Shown piece by piece: positions 1 to 8,692 of a stretch of 20,000 bases of DNA. Origin of the DNA: an uncultured Ignavibacteriales bacterium (GTDB taxonomy: Bacteria; Zixibacteria; MSB-5A5; GN15; FEB-12); NCBI GenBank assembly GCA_964464605.1, contig CAYXJN010000008.1, forward strand, positions 175,038 to 195,037. The letters are read 5' to 3'. Made by a program: the position numbers and the translations under genes. The notes under the pieces are model-generated. The model saw only the letters and a program-made list of their open reading frames with translations. It did not search any database and was not told where the DNA came from. Numbering within the stretch: position 1 is the first letter of the stretch; each line of letters begins with the position of its first letter.

Positions 1-720
1 ACCGTTCATGGTAAATCCCTTGCACTTGGAAACTCAACATTGTTGCGTGAGATGAACATTTCAATCGGGGAATTGGGCAGCATGGCCAAAAAACTGCAAG
101 CTGAGGGGCAAACCGTCATGTACTTTGCGGTTGATCAACAAATAGTGGGGTTGTTCGGCGTCACTGACCCTATTAAAGAAACAACTCCGTTGGCTATCGA
201 AGAGCTGCATAAGCGAGGTATCCGCATTGTCATGCTCAGCGGCGACAACAGCGCGACCGCACAGACTGTCGCCAGTGCGCTCGGTATTGATCAAGTCATT
301 GCCGAAGTGCTGCCAGATGAAAAAGCAGCTGTAATTTGGTCTCTCCAATCAGAAGGACACTTTGTTGCTATGGCAGGAGATGGTGTAAATGATGCCCCAG
401 CACTGGCGCAGGCAAATGTTGGCATTGCAATGGGCACGGGCACTGACGTCGCAATGGAAAGTGCCCACGTGACGTTGGTCAAAGGTGATCTTATGGGTAT
501 CATACGTGCACTAAATCTCAGCTACTGCACCATGCGCAACATAAAGCAGAATCTCTTTTTTGCCTTCATCTATAATGTCATTGGTGTACCGATTGCAGCG
601 GGCATACTGTATCCGATTTTTGGGCTTTTGCTGAGTCCGATGATTGCGGCTGGTGCGATGAGCCTGAGTTCGGTATCGGTGATTTGGAATTCTTTGCGCT
701 TGCGCCGTTTGAAACTTTGA
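1..720 (+). CDS. copA: Copper-translocating P1B-type ATPase, C-terminal part (5' end lies outside the window)
   Basis: Frame 1 is open from base 1 ([11 protein letters not shown]...). Motifs: [18 protein letters not shown], hinge [13 protein letters not shown], and the Cu(I)-type transmembrane signatures YN ([11 protein letters not shown]) and MxxSS (AMSLSS). Confidence 0.93.
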   Translation, partial: TVHGKSLALGNSTLLREMNISIGELGSMAKKLQAEGQTVMYFAVDQQIVGLFGVTDPIKETTPLAIEELHKRGIRIVMLSGDNSATAQTVASALGIDQVIAEVLPDEKAAVIWSLQSEGHFVAMAGDGVNDAPALAQANVGIAMGTGTDVAMESAHVTLVKGDLMGIIRALNLSYCTMRNIKQNLFFAFIYNVIGVPIAAGILYPIFGLLLSPMIAAGAMSLSSVSVIWNSLRLRRLKL

Positions 721-800
721 GTCACACATGCAAACGTGCTGAGTTCGCTAAGTATGTATGTGTAGAAGTTATAAACAGAAATTTATGAAGAAGGAAACGC

Positions 801-1064
801 ATGAAAAAACGATCTGTTGAAGTATTTATTGCCGGCTGTCCTGCCTGTGATGAAACGGTTGCGCTGGTTAAGGCCACGGCCTGCGCAGACTGTGAAGTCA
901 GCGTTCACGATATGCGAACTGAGCATGCCCAAGTGGAAGCCAAGAAATACAACATTCATCGCTTTCCAACTGTGGTCGTCGATGGTCACATTGCAGGCTG
1001 CTGCCAACAACAACCAGTCGACGCAAAAATCCTGCGCGAAATGGGTGTCGGATTACCATTGTAG
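801..1064 (+). CDS. Small thioredoxin/glutaredoxin-fold protein, Cys-rich
   Basis: CPAC motif after the first beta-strand, cis-Pro region FPTVVVDG, extra CADC and GCC. SD-like AAGGAA precedes the ATG. Confidence 0.8.
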   Translation: MKKRSVEVFIAGCPACDETVALVKATACADCEVSVHDMRTEHAQVEAKKYNIHRFPTVVVDGHIAGCCQQQPVDAKILREMGVGLPL

Positions 1065-1078
1065 CCATGATTATGAAG

Positions 1079-1112
1079 CATCGGGGCAAGGCATCGATAC
1101 TTCGCCCCGATG
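1079..1112. terminator. Putative hairpin terminator between convergent genes
   Basis: CATCGGGGC (1079-1087) and GCCCCGATG (1104-1112) form a perfect 9-bp inverted repeat between the stops at 1064(+) and 1178(-). U-tracts are weak. Confidence 0.45.
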
Positions 1113-1177
1113 AAAGTATGCACTCCTATCTGCACTATGTAAGCGTTCATTCAGTGATGCTGGTGCGCGGTTTCGGC

Positions 1178-1768
1178 TTACTTTTCCTTTATCACCAAAT
1201 CCATTCCGCACTTTGGACAGGAACTGGGTTTATCACTCGTCACCTCCGGATGCATGGGGCAAACATATATTTTTTGTTCTACACCTGCGGTGTCGTGCGA
1301 AGGTTTCAGATCTTTTGCAGCGTACAGATTTTCGATGAATTTCAATTCGCCGTCCAGTGTGTCAATCAGGATTGCGACTTTAGCAGAGTCACCTGCATCA
1401 CCGGCTTCATCCAAACGTGCCACGAGACTCGGAATACGTTTGGCTGCCTTTGTTAAGGACATCGACTTTTCCTTGATCAGCATTTTCGATTTTGCAGGCA
1501 GCATAGCGACCAAATCCTGAATGGTGAACGCGATATGGTGTATGTCATCCAAATCCTTTGCTAAAAGTTTTGTGTGTAATGCTTTCTGCTGTGTTTCGAT
1601 TGCATTCCATAGGGTAGGGAGTGTATTGAGACTGTCGGTCTTATGTGTGCCTTTGACTTGCACGGTGTCAGCATGATCATGGTTGTCCTGAGCAATCGCT
1701 GGAGTTATGCCAAAAGCGAACAGGAGTAAGAACAACGGTGTCATGCGAAATAGTTTGGTAGTTTTCAT
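1178..1768 (-). CDS. Exported protein with helical His-containing domain and C-terminal heavy-metal-binding domain (YxCPMHP...CPKCGM)
   Basis: Start reassigned to the ATG at 1768 (AAGGA upstream), giving a signal peptide MKTTKLFRMTPLFLLLFAFGITPAIA. Contains HDHAD, DIHH and C-terminal IYVCPMHPEVTSDKPSSCPKCGMDLV. Confidence 0.85.
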   Translation of the reverse strand: MKTTKLFRMTPLFLLLFAFGITPAIAQDNHDHADTVQVKGTHKTDSLNTLPTLWNAIETQQKALHTKLLAKDLDDIHHIAFTIQDLVAMLPAKSKMLIKEKSMSLTKAAKRIPSLVARLDEAGDAGDSAKVAILIDTLDGELKFIENLYAAKDLKPSHDTAGVEQKIYVCPMHPEVTSDKPSSCPKCGMDLVIKEK

Positions 1769-1838
1769 TTCATATTCCTTGTCGTTGTGTGTTTTTATAG
1801 TGCCAACTGTTTGCAAATTGGGTCGTCATTCTGTTTCT

Positions 1839-2618
1839 TTAGAATCCCCATGACAAACCAACGGTAAGCGCAAGCGGAACGCGGACGACGTCATCGGTGA
1901 TAAAAACATCGCTCTCGATGCCAATATCGGCAACGCTACGTACACCGATTTGCTTTCTCAATCCGATGCCAACGGTTCCAACAATGCCCTGACCTTTGAC
2001 GTCGCTTTGTCGAACTGCGAACTCGCCGAGAAGCGTTTGCGTGAAGCTGCGCGGATAACCGATAGGCACTGAATATCCGAGTATTCCGCCAAACGTAACC
2101 TCACGTTCCCCAGGATCAGTCGACGTTTTTATATTAGCATCGACGTTGAAGTGGATTTTATCGTACTGTCGCAATGCTTTGGTCATGATTGCGCGGACGT
2201 GCGCATCGACTCCTTTGGAATCGCGACCTGTTGGCACGCTCAGTCCAAACCGGTACGCCAACGCAGGCCTATTACCGATTTCTCGGCGTAGGGCGTGAAA
2301 AAAACTCATCTCCAAATCACTCGCATCGAATTGATCGGCATCCGTAACATAGGTAGGAGCGAGGGAAACACTCGCATCCATGTTAAGCGCGAATCCATAC
2401 TTTGCTTCGAGCCGTGAGCCGAGCAAGGCCGACGTATGACGTGGAAATATAGCGCTCATGCCGATGTCGACAGTTCGCTCATGATACGCAATGCTTGACG
2501 CATCTTCAAAGCGCAGGGGCCGTCCGTCGTCGATGTTGTTGTGGTCAGTTCCCTTGCTAAGTGCAGGTAACAAAGCAACGCCAGCCACCAAAACCACCGT
2601 TTGAATCAATCTACTCAT
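1839..2618 (-). CDS. Putative outer-membrane beta-barrel/transporter-like protein
   Basis: Signal peptide, alternating amphipathic beta-strand pattern, GLSVPTG segment, C-terminal aromatic signature (LTVGLSWGF). ATGA overlap with the upstream gene and GGAGG SD. Confidence 0.65.
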   Translation of the reverse strand: MSRLIQTVVLVAGVALLPALSKGTDHNNIDDGRPLRFEDASSIAYHERTVDIGMSAIFPRHTSALLGSRLEAKYGFALNMDASVSLAPTYVTDADQFDASDLEMSFFHALRREIGNRPALAYRFGLSVPTGRDSKGVDAHVRAIMTKALRQYDKIHFNVDANIKTSTDPGEREVTFGGILGYSVPIGYPRSFTQTLLGEFAVRQSDVKGQGIVGTVGIGLRKQIGVRSVADIGIESDVFITDDVVRVPLALTVGLSWGF

Positions 2619-4189
2619 ATGCCGCCTCCTTGCGAATCAGTTGTTGAATCATCCTCTGTCGGATGGTATGGATTCGGACGGTTGATTTCTTGGTAAGTCT
2701 CAGGGGTTGGCTCGTTACGTTGTGACCATTCGGCGAGTGACAATGGCGCTTTCCCCTTGTACTCAGGATTGTAACTGACAAATGCAGCGAAGGCCGTTCG
2801 TGAGGTGAACGCGCGCGACCACGATGAGCATTCCGGATGGTCACCGATTTCCTCCAGAAAAACGACACTGTCAAGATTCGCGTGCCAATACCCTTGATCG
2901 TCTGAAATCAAAACGAGGGTCGTTTCGGGATTTTCCGTCGCTGCGCGGATAATTGCCCTCCCCGGCGTTTCTGTTGCCATGTCTCGCGCGCACAGTAAGC
3001 ATCGAACCATCATCGTCCAACCATTTGCGCTCACGCTGGCACCCCAAACCTTTCCATCGGGAAGTCGGACGGAGCAATGACCACACTCACTCATGTTCAT
3101 CCAACCCATACCGGCCATATACATCACTTCCTCATCCGACCCTTTCATCATGCCCATGCCAGGCATGCCCATTGAATAACGATGGTCGTGCAATGTCCCT
3201 GGTTGCCCTTCCCCGGGCTTTTCGCTCTTATGGGTAGTCGAAAGCACCATCCATAAGGCGCGTTTAACCTGTTCTTCTTTTTGCTTTTCCGGAATCCAAT
3301 CGCTGACGAGGATGTCATTGACCATATCGTGAAGCATGTGAAGATTGTCAAAGGCATTGGCAATTTCAGGGAAGCGCTTCGAGAAGCGTGGGCTGCTCTC
3401 CGCCATCATCGGCATGAAATCACGATCGGTTCGATACAGTTCGATCTCATGGTAGCGCTGGCCAATGACCTCGTACTGTTCAACATGGGTATTTGTCGGC
3501 GTATGCCAGAGCATGTCATACATTGTTCCCTGCAACCAGTGGTATCCCCAAAACAGTGCATTGACCTTTGGATACGCGTGACGGAATGCGCCGCTGAACG
3601 GCTGGCTGTCGAGAAACTCCATGTTCATTGGCAATCCGGTGATCACGAAAGGAGCGGACTCTTGGTAATACGTCCAAAGCCGTTCAATCTCAGCATCCTT
3701 CGCCGAGTCGGACATCTCTTTATTGGCCAACACATCAATCGTTTGCGCATGGAGAATATGCGCCCAATCAAAAGTTTTTTCCAGGTACCCATACAGACGC
3801 TGCATGGTCGGCGAAAGGGCGGCCTCATCTGGCATGAGTTTCGGTGGATGATTGAGTACCCAGTTGATGCGATCAAAAGTCGCATTTTCTAAGGTACTGG
3901 CTTTACCGGTCACCATGTCTTCATAAGCCATTGCATGCCCGGTCGCGACGGCGTTCAAATCGTACGCGAGTTTAGGGATATTGTAGACATCGAAGTTGTA
4001 CGAAGCTGATTTATAGAAAATGTGATCGGCGGTGCGGTTGGATATCCACTTCGGCAGATCTTTCGGTGGTGGCTCAAGCCGTTGCATCGAATCCGGCATC
4101 GTCATTGTGTGACCTCGATGCTCTTGCGCAAGCGCTGACCCTCCAATGGCCAGCGCTGCAATGATGAGCAAAGTGTAGTGTTGTTTCAT
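2615..4189 (-). CDS. Exported multi-domain metal-binding protein: four His-bearing helical repeats, Met/Gly-rich linker, C-terminal MerB/NosL-like Cys domain
   Basis: ATG at 4189 follows AGAGG. Signal peptide ends ALA-QEHRGH. Motifs HILH, HMLH, YHWLQ, GHAM, MGMPGMGMM, CGHC and CLLC. Function unknown. Confidence 0.8.
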   Translation of the reverse strand: MKQHYTLLIIAALAIGGSALAQEHRGHTMTMPDSMQRLEPPPKDLPKWISNRTADHIFYKSASYNFDVYNIPKLAYDLNAVATGHAMAYEDMVTGKASTLENATFDRINWVLNHPPKLMPDEAALSPTMQRLYGYLEKTFDWAHILHAQTIDVLANKEMSDSAKDAEIERLWTYYQESAPFVITGLPMNMEFLDSQPFSGAFRHAYPKVNALFWGYHWLQGTMYDMLWHTPTNTHVEQYEVIGQRYHEIELYRTDRDFMPMMAESSPRFSKRFPEIANAFDNLHMLHDMVNDILVSDWIPEKQKEEQVKRALWMVLSTTHKSEKPGEGQPGTLHDHRYSMGMPGMGMMKGSDEEVMYMAGMGWMNMSECGHCSVRLPDGKVWGASVSANGWTMMVRCLLCARDMATETPGRAIIRAATENPETTLVLISDDQGYWHANLDSVVFLEEIGDHPECSSWSRAFTSRTAFAAFVSYNPEYKGKAPLSLAEWSQRNEPTPETYQEINRPNPYHPTEDDSTTDSQGGGI

Positions 4190-4201
4190 GACGTACACCT
4201 C

Positions 4202-4759
4202 TTAATTCGAGTCATGATGATCTTCATGCTCTTCGTTTTCTTTGTCGGAAGCATCGGTTTTTGCTTTTTTAACTGCGTTGTCCAATTCTTCCGCCAATGT
4301 GAGCGGTTTGGCGTCCGTAATACCTTGAGCTTTCACGTAGGCGTCGAAAGCTGCGCGGGATGTAAAGGCGCGGGATTCGGCGGCACAGGTTTTGTGGCGC
4401 TTGAATGATGAGAGGAAAACTGTGCTGTCCGGGGCGCTCCACTTGCCTTCAGTACGCTTGATGATAATAGGTGCGCCCTTAGTTTCGCTTGGTGCCTGTA
4501 CCGTCAGGTCGCCTTTGAAGCGATCTTGATCGGCGAATACACAGTAGATGCAACGATATTCAATCTTCTTGTTGCCATACACGACAATAACTTCGTTATC
4601 CTGTGTTTCAGTGTTCTGCACCAACTTCAGTTTGCAGTACGGGCAAGGTGCTTCATGAGCAATAGCAGGTGAGAATATTGCACTGAGAGCGACGGCAACG
4701 GCAGCGATCGCTATACCGGTTGCGGCGGTCGATTTGAAAAGGGTGAATATGTTTTTCAT
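4202..4759 (-). CDS. Exported Cys/His protein, stand-alone paralog of the C-terminal domain of the 2615-4189 protein
   Basis: AAGGAG SD, signal peptide ending AIA-H, CPYC, CIYC, HKTC, SRAFTSRAAF, and an acidic His-rich tail (EEHEDHHD). Confidence 0.8.
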   Translation of the reverse strand: MKNIFTLFKSTAATGIAIAAVAVALSAIFSPAIAHEAPCPYCKLKLVQNTETQDNEVIVVYGNKKIEYRCIYCVFADQDRFKGDLTVQAPSETKGAPIIIKRTEGKWSAPDSTVFLSSFKRHKTCAAESRAFTSRAAFDAYVKAQGITDAKPLTLAEELDNAVKKAKTDASDKENEEHEDHHDSN

Positions 4760-4793
4760 AACTATCTCCTTAAGGAATTCAAGTTTTATACGT

Positions 4794-5207
4794 TTACAAT
4801 CCGTAGATCAATTCTCCGCCGAAGTAACCAGCGAGACCTACGGCAACGGTGGCAAGTCCCAATAGCAAAAAGTAAGGGGTAGAGGTTAGCTCGCGTTTAC
4901 GTCGCCATATGGCGGTTGCGGCCATCAATACCACTGCACACGCTGCAGCAACAATGTGCACGACAATGCCGCCGTTGAACGTGTACTCCGAGAGAAAAAA
5001 TGCCGCGATTCCGGTTGGAATGACAACGATGGTCGACAGGGCACCGGCAGCAAGATTCCAGAATGCGGCACGTCGAATGATGGCGTTTTTCTTCCACCAG
5101 CCGCACATGTCGAGCAACGCACCGAAGAGAAACAGCGCGATCGGAAAATGTATGACCACCGGGTGAAACCCGTGATCGGGAATGACGTCGGCAATCCATG
5201 CGAGCAT
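4794..5207 (-). CDS. DUF2231-type membrane protein (about four TM helices)
   Basis: Start reassigned to ATG 5207 after a strong GAAGGAGG SD. Contains HPVVIHFPIAL, PTG, a conserved His in TM3 and terminal GYFGGELIY. Confidence 0.8.
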   Translation of the reverse strand: MLAWIADVIPDHGFHPVVIHFPIALFLFGALLDMCGWWKKNAIIRRAAFWNLAAGALSTIVVIPTGIAAFFLSEYTFNGGIVVHIVAAACAVVLMAATAIWRRKRELTSTPYFLLLGLATVAVGLAGYFGGELIYGL

Positions 5208-5353
5208 GGCTCCTCCTTCACAAGTGAACCGTTTAACAACGATTCTAACGATTATTGACTGATCAGTGGTAATGGAGCGGACATGCTTTTCAAACAATGA
5301 CCAATATCCGGCCACGTGTTAGATGGCCGTGAAAAGCATTCCAATTGGAAGAA

Positions 5354-5812
5354 TTAGACGCGGAATGAGTGAGTGACGAGAAACAGCGGATCGGCGGGAG
5401 CGCGATAATTCGCAGTAAGTAACGTATTATGGAGAACACGCACTGCTGAGTTGGTATATGTGGAAAAGAGGAAAGTTGATTCTTGGAAGTTGCGATCCGA
5501 CGTTTGTGAAATATGAGTCGGTAATTCATACTTGTCGACCGTGAAGATATACCACGTCGAGCAACAATACTCTGGTATGGTGTCGCCAGAATGCTGTGCC
5601 GGTGTATCGTCACAGTGTGTTGCCTCTTGGTTCGCTTCGGAATTATGACACGCCGACGATTGGCCATCGCACGTGGTCTGTTGTGCACATTCTGAGGGCA
5701 GGCACTGCTGTGCCACCTCGCAGGTCGCGCGTAGACCCATAAACGTGAGCAAGACGATGCCTATTATTGCATTCTTCAGTGTATGGTGTTTTCCAAAAAA
5801 CATTCTGTTCAT
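5354..5812 (-). CDS. Cys/His-rich leader-type protein with N-terminal hydrophobic segment (resembles DUF2946 / HYC_CC_PP-like uORFs)
   Basis: N-terminal hydrophobic helix, several Cys including a CC pair (EYCC), His residues, and C-terminal YRAPADPLFLVTHSFRV. First gene of the metal operon. Confidence 0.6.
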   Translation of the reverse strand: MNRMFFGKHHTLKNAIIGIVLLTFMGLRATCEVAQQCLPSECAQQTTCDGQSSACHNSEANQEATHCDDTPAQHSGDTIPEYCCSTWYIFTVDKYELPTHISQTSDRNFQESTFLFSTYTNSAVRVLHNTLLTANYRAPADPLFLVTHSFRV

Positions 5813-6220
5813 TACTCAACTTATACGGTTGGCAGGTCAAAACGGTTGAAAAATTGGCCTGCCTTGAATCCAAAAAAGAAACAACTGTTCAATTAAACAA
5901 CAAAAAAGTCATCTATCGTTTCCGACGATGTTGCCGCAATTGCGGGGCCAAAACAACTGTTTTGTTAGCGTATTGAATAACAGCAAGTTGGGTGAATTCG
6001 CGAGGTTCCCTTCAGCGGATTTTTATAGGTTAGCGGCATGGATTTGCATTTAGTAACTACAGATTGAGAGAGGTAACATATAAGCCACTACGTTAGCGAC
6101 CTATCGTTCTGAGGAGTGAAAATCACATCAAACGGATTTGGGAGTGTGGGGTCTTGGAAGGCTCAAACCCCAAGATATTGGGGCAGGGTAGTATCACATT
6201 TCCAGAAAAGCGATATTGAA

Positions 6221-8692
6221 CTACGTGGTGAACAACCTACCAATATCACTGCTCTGTTGCATTTTCAAAGTTTTGTCGCGCGTTTCTTTAACGCTCATGT
6301 CGGCATACTCCCAGTCACTACCTACTTTTCTTGCTAAGATAAAGCGACCAAACACCCTGCCATGTTCTTCGGCAAATTTTGCCAAACCAATTGCCTTTGG
6401 CAAAGTGTCAACATACGCATCGTTGTGTGGTTCGAGAATGTCGACTACGAAACCAGTGCCGGTTTTCCGTATAATGATGAAATCAGGAAAGAACGACTTC
6501 ATAACACCGTTCATTTCATAAGGAATGCAGAATGACCAAATGCGGCGATCCATGTTGCGCAACCAACAGAAAAAGTCATCTTTTTTCATTTCGATAGCGA
6601 GCAATCCCTCTTCCCATGTATTCAAATCAGCGTAGAATTTATGGTCGGCATCGACAAAGAGATGTTTGTCCCACGCTGGCCCTTCCTTTTTCTCGACAAT
6701 CTGGTCGGGGAATTCCCAGTCCTGTTCAGCGGGTTTACCACTGGACTGAATCAGAGCATTGAAACGCACTCGAACTGAAGCGGAAAGTTTTTGAATTGCT
6801 GCTTTGTGTTTCTTCCACCATTTATCGAATTCCTCGCGCGCAAACTTTTCAAGCGCGGGAACGGTTTCTGACTGCCGCATAATAGCGATCATTTCCAACT
6901 TTGCTTGATTTGGTCTTTCCCTGTCGTGAAATTTTTTCCAATAGGTTCGGTGTAAACCTTCGCCTGAAGCAAGTGATCGCCCCGCCGCGTCAAAAAGCTG
7001 CTCGATGTTTTCCTCGGACAATGTGAGGCGCGTTGTCGTTGTTCCAGTGATGGTCATCGCGCTGGTTGCAACGGTCAGCGCATCTACCTCAATTTCTCCG
7101 CCCTCACGAAGGAAGTTACTCCACTCGGTAACCGTCTCGGCGTATCCGTCGCGCAACTCTTTCAGCTTCGTTTGGAAAATTTCTCGCATCTCGTCGTCGG
7201 CGTCTTGATTGAGGTTTTCGTGCATCAACAAACCTGCCAGCCTTAACGCCCGTTTTACTTCGCTCATTTTTGGAATCCGGTTCACGGCATAAGTCGGCAA
7301 AGTACCTAAATGTTCAAAGACTTTTGTCATAGCTGGATTGCGCACATACGTTTCAGCCGTAATTTCAGCGCGAACACCCAAGCCTTCCGTCGGATTGCGC
7401 AGGCTCTCTAAAACTCTCTCAACTGCCTCTCGGTTGTAATGAGGAAGAAACAATTCAACCGTGTCAAGTACCTCGTTTGAGCCGATCCTCCGTGCCAACG
7501 GTGTGCGAACCATGCGCCCAACAAGCTGCGCTATGCTGGTAGGGTCTTCCGCTCTGCGGAAACTCATTATCACTTCGGCACGCGGACAATCCCAACCCGT
7601 GGATAACGCCGTTTTGAACAATACCACTTTTGCGTCCGGTGTTTCCTGAATTCTCGACGCTTCCAATTTACGTACAATTTTGCCGGAAATCGAAAGGTCA
7701 ACCGAATCTTGAAAACAATGAACGATTTCATTTACAGACAGTAAACCAGTTTGTCGCTCAATAACGCGAATGACATCTTCCAACGATGTGCGGGTAAGTA
7801 CTCCTTCAGTTCCATCTTCCACTTGCACCACGAGAATCGGACGAACTACTTCCTTTTCATTTTCTTTGACGCAGTAGTCTTCCCATTGCTTTGTGAAGCG
7901 TTGCCATGTCTTTGCAGCTTCTTCGAGCATCGTCAAATCTCCCGTGACATTACTGCTCGGATTGCGGACGATTATCAAATCTTTCAGTAATCCGCTTGCA
8001 CGAACCTCTTCCGGGTCAATATTGATTGGCCGTTGCGTCCGGTTTGCTGTTCCAAGTAAGGCTGTGAATCGTTGTGGTGTCGCACTCATGCCCAGCACCA
8101 GCGGCACAGGTGGCAATCCGTCCAGCGCCGATCCGAGAATAAACTTTTGCATTATCGTCGTACGATTGCGGTCGTTGGCAGTTGTGCCGCGATGTGCTTC
8201 GTCGATGATGAGTACAAAATCCTGAGACGAGCGGGTGATGGTGTTGGCAATGGTTTGCCAAAACGTGAATTTCCTACGGTCGCCCGGCTCCTTGGTGAGT
8301 AGTTTGTCTTTACCGAGCAACTGCGTGTTTATGAAATATACATATCCGGGTTGCAAATAATCTTCATCGAAACTCTCGCTGTCAATGGTAACCATTTTGT
8401 GAAATGGTAGTTCGTCGCACGTGCTTAGCAGTTTGTTTTGGCTTTGCAGGTTTAATTCGGGCGAATCAGATAGCCAGAGAAAAACAGTGTTTGTTCGTGA
8501 TAAAATTCCATCACCGCCTCCGAATGTGAAATCAATTACCTGCGCTAGTGTTATGGTCTTTCCTGATCCAGTCGGAGCCGCGAGTATGACAGCTTGCAAT
8601 TTCCCCTTTGCAACAGATATACGCGCATCTTCCAGCTCGCAAATTATGTCACGAGCAGCCGTGTCTTGAAACGACTTCAGTTCCATTTTCAT
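6221..8692 (-). CDS. res: Type III restriction enzyme Res-like subunit (SF2 helicase/ATPase plus C-terminal PD-(D/E)xK-like nuclease)
   Basis: Q-motif LKSFQ, Walker A APTGSGKT, DEAH, motif III SAT, GWDCPRAEV, QLVGRMVR, C-terminal FFPDFII...DILEPH. ATGA overlap with the MTase gene. Confidence 0.88.
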   Translation of the reverse strand: MKMELKSFQDTAARDIICELEDARISVAKGKLQAVILAAPTGSGKTITLAQVIDFTFGGGDGILSRTNTVFLWLSDSPELNLQSQNKLLSTCDELPFHKMVTIDSESFDEDYLQPGYVYFINTQLLGKDKLLTKEPGDRRKFTFWQTIANTITRSSQDFVLIIDEAHRGTTANDRNRTTIMQKFILGSALDGLPPVPLVLGMSATPQRFTALLGTANRTQRPINIDPEEVRASGLLKDLIIVRNPSSNVTGDLTMLEEAAKTWQRFTKQWEDYCVKENEKEVVRPILVVQVEDGTEGVLTRTSLEDVIRVIERQTGLLSVNEIVHCFQDSVDLSISGKIVRKLEASRIQETPDAKVVLFKTALSTGWDCPRAEVIMSFRRAEDPTSIAQLVGRMVRTPLARRIGSNEVLDTVELFLPHYNREAVERVLESLRNPTEGLGVRAEITAETYVRNPAMTKVFEHLGTLPTYAVNRIPKMSEVKRALRLAGLLMHENLNQDADDEMREIFQTKLKELRDGYAETVTEWSNFLREGGEIEVDALTVATSAMTITGTTTTRLTLSEENIEQLFDAAGRSLASGEGLHRTYWKKFHDRERPNQAKLEMIAIMRQSETVPALEKFAREEFDKWWKKHKAAIQKLSASVRVRFNALIQSSGKPAEQDWEFPDQIVEKKEGPAWDKHLFVDADHKFYADLNTWEEGLLAIEMKKDDFFCWLRNMDRRIWSFCIPYEMNGVMKSFFPDFIIIRKTGTGFVVDILEPHNDAYVDTLPKAIGLAKFAEEHGRVFGRFILARKVGSDWEYADMSVKETRDKTLKMQQSSDIGRLFTT

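Noticed and set aside
1067..1520. Plus-strand ORFs 1067-1456 and 1254-1520
   Set aside because: Antisense shadows of the metal-binding protein gene, with no recognisable motifs.
3281..3892. 203-aa plus-strand ORF and other nested or antisense ORFs within the large genes
   Set aside because: They lie fully opposite or inside well-supported CDSs and show no motifs or SDs.
5813..6220. Left att site (tRNA-Asp 3' fragment) between the metal cluster and res
   Set aside because: No convincing copy of the tRNA 3' sequence was found by eye. Only a short hairpin CCCCAA-GATA-TTGGGG (6168-6183) is present, which may be a weak terminator for res.
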